Shown: one piece after another, positions 1 to 11,107 of the stretch | Position numbering within the stretch: the stretch's first letter is position 1 | Layout: the number at the start of each line of letters is the position of its first letter | Origin: Centroscyllium fabricii | Lineage: Eukaryota | Assembly: GCA_051313645.2 (NCBI GenBank) | Contig: JBNRSN020000016.1 | Coordinates: forward strand, 89,280,001-89,344,000 | Reading direction: 5' to 3' | Length of the DNA: 64,000 bases | Made by a program: the position numbers and the translations under genes | Notes under the pieces: generated by a model | What the model saw: only the letters and a program-made list of their open reading frames with translations | Databases searched by the model: none | What the model was told of the DNA's origin: nothing

Positions 1-565
1 CCTTCTACACAGACTCAGTTAGAAATCTTACCGGCACAGAAAGCTGAAGTCTGTCACTTTTGACAGATCGCAGCCATTCTGCTTTCTGTGCCGATTAGAT
101 GAGGGACTCCCGAAGCCTAAAGGAAGGAAGGCTGAAAAGGTAAGAAAAGGTATGTTAAACTTATTTAATCACTTTAGACACACCAAATACACTTACCTTT
201 GCACTCCTGCACATATCACTCACCTGAACACCGACATCTCAAACCCTCCAAGTCCTTCAACCTGACAGCCCAATTCCTCTAACCTGGCGTGGTTTGGAGC
301 TGTCGGGAAACTCACACTTCAACGTTTAAAATAGGGATTAGGCTAAAAACTGCCTGTTAACTACCTGTTAACAGGCAGTTAATTGGCACTAATCCCTTCC
401 CCGCCTCAGGTAGGCGGATCCCAGTGCAGGACGGATGCCCGCCTCCTTTGAAACTGGCATGGAGGCGGGCTTGGGTGCGGGATGGGTCGGGACCCCTGAT
501 TTCGGGATTTTAAACCCCCGCACGCCTCCAATCCCGACTCCACGGCTCAGTGAAAATCGAGGCCC
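1..565. mobile_element. Right part of a Harbinger-type non-autonomous element (MITE); left end outside window
   Basis: Ends in GAAAATCGAGGCCC (rc GGGCCTCGATTTTC), the same GG-n-TTTT terminus style as the other Harbinger MITEs here; GC-rich subterminal block 390-565; TSD cannot be checked. Confidence 0.55.
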
Positions 566-678
566 ACATGTCCAGCGACAGTGTCTATTATTCATTTTAT
601 CTGTCAAAAATGCATTAGCCACATCTGGATTTCAAACTAGCCACATGTGGCTAGTGGCTAATATATTGGACAACACTG
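566..678. mobile_element. Right end of a hAT-Charlie (MER3/MER33-like) non-autonomous element
   Basis: TAGCCACATGTGGCTAGTGGCTA...ATATTGGACAACACTG terminus followed by the 8-mer CTTTAGAG, close to the Charlie NTCTAGAN target pattern. Confidence 0.6.
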
Positions 679-2635
679 CTTTAGAGGCACATGTGAGCTA
701 AATCCATTCAGTGCTGACAACCTGCTATTGCACTTGCTATTACTAGTAAGACAATTGAAACATTTAAAAAACAAAAAAAGGTATCTTGAATAACATGCTT
801 TATACAGTCAGCACAGCTAATAGTGAACTGCAATTTAAGAGTGAACTAAATATTTTAGATAGAAATTCCTATTACAAATATACTGTGCTTTAGTCTATAA
901 AATATTCTGTATCCTGTTTATCCCATTTACTCATAAGTTCTGTGCATTATACCATACCAAATCAATGTTAACCAGTGGGTAATTTATATATTTTATAAAA
1001 AATTTCATTACAGTTTAGAGACACATTGTCATAAGGAATGTCTGGCTTGCAAGCCAGACATTCTTGGAGTAAAAGTAACCAACTTGACATTATTAGATAT
1101 GGTGCCAGCTCTTTTCAATACACTATTTTTGACAAATTTTTTTTAATGTGTAATTTGTCTACAATTTAAACTGTTCAAAAAAGTTACTAAATGCATGAGA
1201 ATGGACTGACTGTGTAGCACCATGTTAGATGCGAGCATGGATGTTCTGAACAGTTTCGATTGGTTTGATACATCACCATAATTACTTGCTTCCCCACCAG
1301 GATGATGATACCCCTTCAAAAATCCCAAACCATTTGACTAGAAGATAGTATTTCAATGTGAATTGCTGTTTATAAACATTCAGAGTAAAAGTTCTGTGGT
1401 GAAGAAATTGTCCACTTAACCCTCAGGAACACAAGTCACAACATTTGTTGTGCTAACTGTATAATGCCATTGCATTCAGCAGAAGATAAACACAGGTTTC
1501 CCCTGCCTACGCGTAGGCTCCTCCCAAAGTGCATTTGTAGGCACCCAATAGGACAAATAATAGTCTCACTTGTGATACATACAGATTCATTTCTGTTACA
1601 TCTTTAAACTATTTCTCAGACTAAATAATGTCCCCAACAAATTTAAAAAAAGCTTTGTTCTAAAATAGCCAGGGAGAAAGCTGGCCTACTGAATTCGAAC
1701 TACAGTATTTGCACCACATGCACAGAGGTAGACTTTACAGAGTCCCAGGCTTCAACTTCCCACGAAAAGGGATAACATTTTCTCATAAATGAAATTAAAG
1801 TGTGCTACAACTTAAACTTCAATAGCTGTAATACTTTGGCCCAGTGGGGCTTATTTAATAGAGAGGTGAAGAACCTCCAACTTTCCTTCACAGTCCAAGA
1901 TCCTATAGTAAAATATCACCAGATGTACAAGAGTAGAAAAGGAGTCTGTGGATCTGGGATCAGGATGTTGTAAATATGCAGACATTTTATAAAGCAGCTG
2001 TCCTGTCTGTATGGCCAGGGTAATATGACTTCTCAAAATCTGTTCTGCCAGCAAATGCAAAGACAAAAGGAAAAGGAAAAACAGCAGACAGTCCTACCTC
2101 ATTGCAAACCGCTTTTCAATATGAACAAATCGGACATTAGCCCATGGTTAAAACTGCATTGTGGTATAGCGCGCACAAAGCATTATAGCCTCCATTACTG
2201 GGTTTAGCACACCCCAGGATGTCTCCACACTAAGCCAATAAATATCCAGTGCGCATTGGAGGGGCTGTGGAGCAGTTGGCAGCTTCCTTCATTACTTCTG
2301 AATCTGCCTTTAAGTATAACTTTATTACTGAGGCACAACCAAAATAATTAAATCCATTGCTGCATCTCAGGCAAGCTAGAACTGTCTCACTCACAGTTTT
2401 GGCTCTCCACAGAGTTCCAGCTTGAGCTTCTGATGGACCTCCTACTTACTCTTCTGCTCCTTGTTGTGAAGTGAAATGTCCCCGTGAGGTGGTAACAAGG
2501 CAGACTATATATGGTGCAAAATAGTCCATTCAGAGAGAGCTAAATTCATAAAATACAGTCTCTCCTCTCCTGCAGTACTTCAACTGTTGCACCAGTGCAA
2601 AAAGCCCTTTCACAAAGTCAGCTTCGCTAAGCTAT

Positions 2636-2876
2636 TATAGCAAAATACTGCGGAAACTGGAAATCCGAAATAACAACATAAAACACTGGAGAAACTCAGC
2701 AGGCCAGGCAGCATCGGTGGAGAGAGAAACTGAGTTAACGTTTCAGGTCGAAGACCTTTCGTCAGAAAGGTCTTCGACCTGAAACGTTAACTCTGTTTCT
2801 CTCTCCGCCGATGCTGCCTGGCCTGCTGAGTTTCTCCAGTGTTTTCTGTTGTTCTCCAGCGTTTTCTGTTGTTATT
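2636..2876. mobile_element. Penelope-derived palindromic short element with hammerhead ribozyme core
   Basis: ~85-bp near-perfect inverted repeat centred near 2762; 13-bp TSD TTCRCTAAGCTAT (2623-2635 / 2877-2889); minus-strand CTGACGA-A-AGGTC-TTC-GACCT-GAAAC-GTT. Confidence 0.8.
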
Positions 2877-3002
2877 TTCACTAAGCTATACTTGGCAACA
2901 CTTGTCATATGAGTTACTTCAATCCATCTACTGAGAGCAAAATGATTTCTTGATCTGCCTTTGCCAGGAATCCAACAATCTTGAGTTAACTCTAGATGGG
3001 AT

Positions 3003-3395
3003 CTCATTGAAGCTTATAAAATTCTAACAGGACTAGACAGACTAGATGCAGGATGTTCCCGATGGCCGGAGAGTCCAGAACCAGGGGCCACAGTCTAAGG
3101 ATAAGGGGTAACTCATTTAGGACAGAGATGAGGAGGAATTTCTTCACCCAGAGAGTGGTGAACCTGTGGAATTCTCTACCACAGAAACCAGTTGAGGCAA
3201 ATTCATTAAATATATTCAAGAAGGAGTTAGATATATTTATTTCTTAATGCTAAAGGGATCAAGGGACATGGGGAGAAGGCAGGGGCAGGGTACTGAATTT
3301 GAATGATCAGCCATGATCTCATTAAATGGTGGAATGGGCTCGAGGGGCCGGATGACCTACTCCTGCTCCTCTCTTCTGTGTTTCTATGTTTCTAT
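3003..3395 (+). mobile_element. CR1 LINE, 5'-truncated 3' end
   Basis: ORF2 C-terminal peptide MFPMAGESRTRGHSLRIRG..RRNFFTQRVVNLWNSLP; 3' hairpin and TTTCTATG-type tail. Confidence 0.9.
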
Positions 3396-3699
3396 AAATA
3401 TTGGCAATTACTTTATCTTGTCCACACCAAAAGATATATGTTCCACTTTTAAGATGGATTAAAAAGTAAATAAAAATTTTGCAGAGCAAAGATGAATAGT
3501 CAGTTGAATTTTGTAGGACCTGAAAGAAATTACTTTCGGCCTATTAAATGCTTGCTTCACCCTTTATCTTCACAAGTTCTCTGTAGATCACTGAAATAGC
3601 AATGACTATGTTCTGTATATTTATTCACGTCTGTTTCTCTCTGTATGATATTGTACACCATTGTTATTTTTTCCTGTATTTAAGTTCCACTGTTAAGAG

Positions 3700-4075
3700 C
3701 ACGTGTTCCACCCACCTGATCCAGTCAGTACCTGCCAGCACCAATCGTGCTCCCTAAAGGCATCTCGCCGATTGGGAAGGTGGGAAATCTGGCAGTGTGC
3801 CCACTCGCTAAAAGCAGCCTGCAGCACTTTAAGGGGAAGGCACACTGTTTGATCGTTAAAAAAGTGATATTCTGGAACAGCAGGCATCGTGACTTCAACC
3901 AAGACCACAGTTTCTCAGATAGACCCAGTCAGCAGCAGGGAGCTCCGATGGATGATGGGTGCCCAGACAAATTTCTTAGCAGCAATAGCGAGGGGTGGCA
4001 GAACATGTAGATGCCACAAGGATTGTTCCCAGGCCTGGCGACAGTGCAGGAAAAAATTTAATGACCTCACCATGA
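3700..4075 (+). pseudogene. Decayed Harbinger Myb/SANT-gene remnant
   Basis: Peptide WRQCRKKFNDLT resembles WLQCRKRFHDLH of the intact Myb/SANT exons nearby; boundaries approximate. Confidence 0.45.
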
Positions 4076-4120
4076 CTCCTGTGACATCTCTCATACTGTC
4101 CACATAACCCTGTACCACCT

Positions 4121-4193
4121 GAATAACAACAGAAAACGCTGGAAAAACTCAGCAGGCCAGGGCAGCATCCGTGGAGAGAGAAACAGAGTTAAT
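4121..4193. mobile_element. Penelope-derived repeat, left part (continues at 9651-9675), host of Harbinger element 1
   Basis: Near-identical to the arm at ~2669-2739; resumes GTTTCAGGTCGATGACCTTTCG after the insertion. Confidence 0.85.
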
Positions 4194-4907
4194 GGGGGGT
4201 AATTTCATGTCCCCATCAGGCGGGGTTTTGGGCGGCCATGACGTGAAAATAGGAACATTTTGGTTCCTGCCCCAAGCTGCCGAATCCCTGCCAGTTTTGG
4301 ATTTTCGGCCAGCCTGTTTCCCCGCCCCGAATCTTTCCCGCCAGCCGCCGGCGGGAATGGCTGTTAAGGTCGTTAAGGGCCCTTAATTGGTATGTGTAAT
4401 GCAATTTTATTATTATTAATTCAACTTTATTGTCATTATACAATGTACAAGTACATGAACAATGAAATGTGATCTTGCAAGCTCCCAAGAGTCCAGCAAA
4501 GCCGCTGCATCTGTGCGCGCCGCCATTCCATCTTTCCATCATTCTGACAATCTTCAGCCAACCGTCCCTCCCTGGGGCTCCTTTCATGACCTTCTGCACC
4601 CTTATCAATTTTCAGCTGTTTCCCACCCAAACGCCGCCGCCCTAAACCCCGTTCAGTGAAACCTAGCGGGAGCACACTCGGATTGCTGAGTATCTGTGGC
4701 AGGTCCCTCATTGAAGGCTCACATTTAATCAGCCATCATTGGCATTCGCAACCACATTGTTGTGTCAGGCCTGGGGATACTTGCAACAGGCTTCACCACA
4801 CCTGTGAAAGGTTGCATCCTCACACACTTCTGCAGTGTGACCTGGGAAAGTCCTCTGACTTCCCCCACTCAGTCAGTGCTTCCTCAGCCGAGGCTGCCAG
4901 CACAGCC

Positions 4908-5965
4908 ATGGGAGGCCTTTTCTTCCTTCCCTTCTTGGCATTAGATGATCTCCGGCAGGAGCAGTTGTGACGACAGGAGGAGCAGCAGCAGCAGCCACAC
5001 TAGGAGCCACACGCTCCTGCGGACCCTCCGGAGGCAGCACGGGCCAGAAGGCATCAGTGCATGGAAGGCCGTCGCCGTAGAACATACCCCCAAACAGGGT
5101 CTACAGAGTCAGAGCCACCTACCTCAACATGAGTGAGCGTCGGTGCCAAAGGCAGCTCCGACTTTCCCAAGAGGTAGTCACAGACATCTGCACCATGCTG
5201 CAGTAACAGCTGGAGCCCAGAACACCAGATAGACATGCCTTACCAGTGGCCCTCAAAGTCACCACTGCACTCAACTTTTTTGCCTCGGGTTCATTCCAGG
5301 GATCATCAGCAGACATCAGCGGCATCTCCCAGTCGGCCACACACACTTGCATTGCGTAGGTAACCAATGCCCTCTTTGCCCTCGCCCACAATTTCATCCA
5401 TTTCACCAGGGAGCGTGCAAGTGTGAGGGTGCGAGCGATTGGAATTGCTCGTCTGGCAGGCTTCCCAAGGGTGCAGGGCATCATTGACTGCACACATGTG
5501 GCTCTTAGGGCACCCACCGACAACCCAGTTGCTTTTGTCAACCGCAAGGGCTTCCATTCGCTCAATGTTCAACTGGTGTGTGATCACAACAAGGAGATTT
5601 TGCATGTGTGTGCCAAGTACCCTGGCAGTTGCCATGACTCCTTCGTCATGTGCCACTCAACCTTGCCTGCGCTCTTCACACCGCCAGATGAAATTCTGGG
5701 ATGGCCACTTGGAGACAAGGGCTATCCCCTCAGGACTTGGCTCATGATGCCGGTCAGGAGGCCAGCCAATGAGGTGGAGGAGAACTACAACTCCAGACAC
5801 ATCTCCACCAGATGCATTATAGAGCACACCATCGGCTTGCTCAAGATGCGTTTCAGATGCTTGGACAGATCAGGTGGACCCCTGCAACACTCCCCAGCCA
5901 GGGTCTCCAAAATGGTAGTGATTTGCTGCCAACATCACAACATGGCACAGTGGTTTAGAGCTTAG
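4908..5965 (+). pseudogene. Harbinger (HARBI1-like) DDE transposase pseudogene
   Basis: Motifs [30 protein letters not shown]; in-frame stops near 4968, 5204 and 5357; acidic C-terminus deleted relative to element 2. Confidence 0.9.
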
Positions 5966-7180
5966 CCGCTGCAAACCTGCTTTAAGGCCAAGGAGCAGCA
6001 TCACATGCAATAATGTACACAGAAACATTAAACGTTCCCATTCTAATATAAGGTTTAATTAGGAAATACAACAACCATGGGCAAATGAATGGTTGTTGGA
6101 GTGAAGACCAGCACTTATCAATCAGTCCATTTATTTGGTCCCAGCCATCACACCTAGCTACATGCAGCTTGGAAAGGTCATATATTCATTCTGAGCAATG
6201 GAGAAGTTCAGCCAGTCCAGTTTTGAGATTGCACTTTGCTTTCCATTGTCCCTCAGGGTCTCCCACTGTCACATGGTGCCCCTCCCTTTTCAACTGTGCC
6301 AGACATTCACAGCTTCCATCTGCTTCGGTGATGCGGTCATGCGCCAGACTCCACAAAGGCTCTGCTCATGCTCGCTACGGACTCCTCCATTCACTTCACA
6401 CTCACAGCTACCTCAGAGACAAAACCTGCCAGACACGCCTGCATCTCTGCATAGAGTTCCATCAGCTGTACTCTGCGGATGGATCCAGAGGCACAGGGTC
6501 CACATGCAGCTGAGCTAAGCTGGCAGAGTCCTGCACCCTCCGACTAGGACTCTGCAATGCTGTCCCTGTCTCCACAATCTGCTGAGGCTCACTTGTGATT
6601 TGTGATTCACCCGGTGACAATCCTAAGCTATGTCCCGAGGGTCCCACCGAGGTGGGAGTATCTGCGCTGGTGCTGGGTGGCATCAGTGCTGCTGACGCTA
6701 CGCCCTCACAGGTGGGAGCTTCCTCTGAGGATTGCATGTGGCCAGGCTCTTCAGCACAAACAGTGGCCAGGTGCTCTGCCGATGGTCCTGTGGGGCAGTA
6801 AAAGAGGAAGTTAGAGATGTGTTACCAAGGTTACATTCACATACCATTCAGCAGATGAGCAGAAGTCCATCTGAAGTGCTTTTATATTCATTGTGGCAGA
6901 CTCATGTGATAGCTATGATAGAGATATTAAGCAATTCTGTCACCAGCTTCCAAAGCGGACCCTGCCTCTCCCTCACCCACTCCCGACGCTTCTCCATCGC
7001 CCACAATATCCATAACTCCCTCATCCCAGGTGGTCAGGTGTATGATGGAGGGGGGGCCTCCTCTGGTCCTGGCTCTCTCCCGCTGGTTGCTGGCTGTCTT
7101 TTCCTGCAATGAGGGAGACAAGTGGAGGATGAGTGAGAAGGAAGGAGTTTGTGCAGCGAGTGAACAGCAAATGGAGTAAA

Positions 7181-7329
7181 AACTATATTATCTGCACACT
7201 TGAAATGTACTTTATTGTATGCAACCCATGTAACTTATTTGCACTACTCTCGGGAGCGGCGAGTCAACGTTTCGTTGTATTGTACTAGTACACTGCAATG
7301 ACAATAAAATTGAATTGAATTGAATTGAA
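7181..7329 (+). mobile_element. Rex1/Babar 3' end fragment
   Basis: Homologous to the 3' UTR of the LINE at 11108-11250; AATAAA followed by (TTGAA)n tail. Confidence 0.8.
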
Positions 7330-7595
7330 GATAGTTGGAGGGAGAGAAAGTTAGAGTAAGGCTGCAAGACCAAGGGCTCTCCCTGTGCGCTGTCAGATGT
7401 GCTGCAAGCATCAGAGTGAGAGGGAGTGTGAGGGCTGCATGGTCGAAAAGGCCTGTGAATGTGAGCATAGAGAGGGAATGGGTAAGGGTGCTTGGATGTG
7501 ATAGTGAAGTGGGATGTGGAGGAAGGGAGTGGTGAAGCTAAGTGCTGGTGAGGAGAGGTGAGTGGGATCAGATTGAGGATGATGGAAAATTAATA

Positions 7596-8402
7596 CAGGT
7601 TGAGCACCGGCAATAAGTTAACCGGAAAGCCGGCAGCTTCAGTCGTCCGCCATAAATTGCCCCGACTGCCCTGCGCATGTGCAAAATGGCCACCGTGATT
7701 GATGCTTCGGCGAATGATCTGCGTATGCGTTGCCGAACGGCAAACGCATGCGCAGATCATTCAAAACGGCTGCCGGAGGTTTTGAATGATCTACACATGC
7801 GTGACTCCGAGAAGAGCACGGAAAGGTAAAGGCGGCCGTTGTGTCAAAGCCGGGCGGAGAGTTTGAAGAATGAGGAGACTGAGCCGCTGGACTGGCGGCC
7901 TGGGCTGGAATGGGTTCCTCGGGCGCGCCCTAGAGCCCAGCTTCTCTTTAAAGGGATCACGCGGTGCCGCCTGGCTTCAAATGTCCCGGGTCCCCGCAAA
8001 CCCGCCGCAAGCTCTTCACTGCCGGCCGGCTAACTGGGCGCAGCCCCGCCACCCCTTCCCTCCGGGAGCGGCGGCCAGTTTGCTGCTGTACTTTGTGCCG
8101 GATCTCTGTCCCGGGTCTGGGCTTCGGCCCCGCTCGGTTGGAAATCTCCGCTCAGAGTCACGGGGAGAGAGAAAGGAATCGGGCATTTGATTAAAAAGTG
8201 GTGTGCCTCATTTTTAATTAAAAAAAGAACGAGTTTCGAATTCTTCAAAACTTCGCGGCGGCCACTTCCAATGTTATGCGCATGCGCGTGGCCATTTTGA
8301 ATGGTGTGCGCATGTGCACTGGCCGGCTTCATTCTTCCAGTTTTTTCGGTATACCGGCGCAGGCCGAGTCCCGCCCGTGCCGGTATAATGGTGCTCAACC
8401 TG
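7596..8402. mobile_element. Tc1/mariner Tigger/pogo-like MITE
   Basis: 13-bp perfect TIR CAGGTTGAGCACC; TA TSD (7594-7595, 8403-8404). Confidence 0.85.
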
Positions 8403-8684
8403 TACTTACTTTAGCAGTGCGGTGAAGGTCATGGAATCTCTTCCTGCACTGGAGCCAGGACCCTGCTCTTACTCCCAAGGAGGTCACCCCCTCAGCGTCC
8501 TGCAGCCAAGCAGTCTTGGTCTGGGAGGGAGGTCTCTTCCTCCCTGAGGAGGGGACGAGAACCTTCCTGTGGGCCCTAGCCCCCTCTAATAAGGCATCCA
8601 ACGAAGCCTTGTTGAATTTAGGCGCGGGTCGTCCCCTCCCGCTGCCCGATGCAGCTTCCTCGCGCTGTGCCATCCTACTTGAGC

Positions 8685-9405
8685 GTTCAAGGTTCAAGGT
8701 AAATTTATTGTCACATGTTTAAATACAATTTAGACAGTGAAAAGCTTACTGCTACCCGAACGCACCGTGCAACAACCGCGCAACAAGGACATTAAGCTGC
8801 CCGGCACGAACGAGCCCGCAAGACGTCAGCCATTCTCCGGCGCCATCATCGTGGGTCCCGTTCCTGCTCTGGCTACTCAATTGATGGTAATTGTCCTCTA
8901 CCGCTCCGTCAACTCGCTCTGCCGCGGTTTCCTCCGTGGTTACTCTCTGCCCGACACCATGTCGGCTCCCCCGAATCCACGGAGCTCCGAACTCCGGGTG
9001 CAGCATCCTGAGGCCTGGGGCCTAGCTTTTCTCCAAGCGCCATCCCAGCTCCCCTGAGCTCCGAACTCCGGACCAAGGCCTGGGGCCTAGCTCTCTTGCA
9101 GGCGCTCAACACAGGCTCCCCGGAACGCCAAGCCAAGGCCATCCCGACTCCCTGGAGGTCCGAACTCTGGACCGAGGCCTGGGGCCTAGCACGCGGCCCG
9201 GCGCACGTCCCGGCTCCCTCTGAGTCCTCCGAGCTCCCAGCTCACTCCCGTTGGCCGAACTGGTGCAGCGTCCTGAGGCCGAACTACGCCCCGCATCCCA
9301 CCGGGCTCCCTCCCGGCGCCGCCGACGTCAGATGGCGGCCGACCAAAGCAAATTAACTTCACGTAGAGGTGTAGAGGTGCGGGCGCCAGCCAGCCGGAAC
9401 CGGAA
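8685..9405 (-). mobile_element. Non-autonomous retroelement with Rex1-type tail, inserted in the 5' UTR of the Harbinger Myb gene
   Basis: Absent at the equivalent position of element 2; minus strand ends AATAAATTTACCTTGAACCTTGAAC; GC-rich body with three internal repeats of GGCCTGGGGCCTAGC. Confidence 0.6.
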
Positions 9406-10118
9406 CTTAGCAGAAGGCTGAGGAGTGCGGGAGGCGAGCTGTGTGCATCAAAAGAAACGGGAATGCTGACGTCATATTGTGCGACTTTCTGACTGGAAAT
9501 CCTAGATTGAGAAGGCTTCCCGCAGGCGGGGATTTAACTGGGCACTTAGCCAAAAATACCGTGGGAAACGCAGACACTTTAGCCGGCAGCCCCAAAACCC
9601 GCCACACCCGAAACCCGGCAATTCCCCGCACTTCCAGCAAAATCCCCCCCAATGTTTCAGGTCGATGACCTTTCGCCCTTAATGTACAACCCTAATTTAG
9701 CTCAACATTATTAATCCTTTCCTCCCCTTCTTGCCATGCCTCCCCTCCAATCATAATGAGACACTTCACTCCTTCTGCTTACACTCACACCCTCAAAGCC
9801 TACTATTGCTCTCACAACTACTTCCACTTCTATTCTATTCTATATTTCTATGTTTCTTGGCCACACTTGCTGCTGCTCCCTGTCACCATGCACATGATGC
9901 TAAGCTGTCCCAAACAGTTTGAAAACACAATAGGGCACAGACATACCCACTGCCACTCTTTCTGTCGAAGGAGCGAGCATGGCCATCCCTAGTTGCCCTG
10001 GATACAACTAGCACTTGCTTTCTAGGACAGTTAAGAGTCAACCATGTTGGTGTGGGACTGGAGTCATATATAGCCTAGACTGGGTAAGAATGGCAGGTTT
10101 CCTTCCCTAAAAGATATT

Positions 10119-10963
10119 GGGCCCTGTTTTCCTGTGGTCCGTTTGCCGCGGGTGCGCGCTCCCGTGCACCCGCGGCGCACGCGCACGTAATTAAAAAAAA
10201 ATAAAAATTTCGATGTCAATTTCCTGTAAAAAAAAAACGTCTTCGGGTGCTGCATAGGGGTCTGGCTTTTGTTGGTGCGTGACCAGCCACGCCCCCACAG
10301 ATCGCAAATTTAAATAAAAAACGCCCCCCAGATCCCTAATTTAAATGACCAGATCCCGAGTCGGACCTTAGTGAGAGCAGGGAAGTGCGGAGCTGCACAA
10401 CAGACTCGCGGGGAGCAGCGCGGGGGCACAGCAGCTTCTCAGAGGAAGAAATGGAAGGTAAGTCAACCATTTTTTCCTCTTAGATTTTTTAATTTTTTTA
10501 ATTAGCTAGAGAGTTAAAAATTTCAGAAATTTAACTTTAAAAATTAACAATTTGAAACAGGTAAATTAACTTAAAATCGGATTTGTTAAATTTTTTTTAA
10601 AACTTTAACTTAAAAATTTAACGCTACCGATGTGGCCACACTACTCCCCAAAACTGTAAAAAATTTAAATTAAAGTTAAAAAATTAACTTACCTGCTTCA
10701 AAAACTAAATCTTCTCCCTCTTACACCTCGATTTTTGTGGGCAGCTTGTGAGCCAGTTGCACACGGAATCACTCTCCAAAAATCACCCGTTCTGACAGGA
10801 AATTGTCAGTGCAAGGTCTTCCTGCGTTGGGAGCTGAAGGGCCTTGCCCAACAGCACAGGAAATTCCCGTTCGTGGGCATCCCCCGTGCTGCACACCCAC
10901 GAGGCATTTCTGACCCCCCTTCGTGGGTGTGCAGCTCCTCTGGAGCACAGGAAAACAGGGCCC
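10119..10963. mobile_element. Harbinger-type MITE
   Basis: 18-bp perfect TIR GGGCCCTGTTTTCCTGTG; 3-bp TSD ATT (10116-10118, 10964-10966). Confidence 0.88.
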
Positions 10964-11107
10964 ATTAGTCAACTAATTGGATTTTTTATGACAATCTGAC
11001 AGCCTCATGGTCACTTCTTTTTACTGCCCACAGGGCAATGTGGGTGTAATCCATGACTTGGAAGAATCCTGTAAACTGAGTGAACCCGAGGACCCGATCC
11101 TGCTATA

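Larger units (their letters stand above)
6460..8673 (-). pseudogene. Harbinger Myb/SANT (trihelix) DNA-binding partner gene; exons 8673-8410, 7103-6944, 6787-~6460 (truncated)
   Basis: Exon 1 RPAPKFNKASLDALLE..AWLQDAEGV..WLQCRKRFHDL; GT-AG introns; exon 2 is 160 nt, the same as in element 2. Confidence 0.8.
4194..9650 (+). mobile_element. PIF/Harbinger DNA transposon 1 (two-gene, decayed, internally deleted, with nested insertions)
   Basis: TIRs GGGGGGTAATTT / rc GGGGGGGATTTT; 3-bp TSD AAT (4191-4193, 9651-9653); convergent transposase and Myb/SANT genes. Confidence 0.9.
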
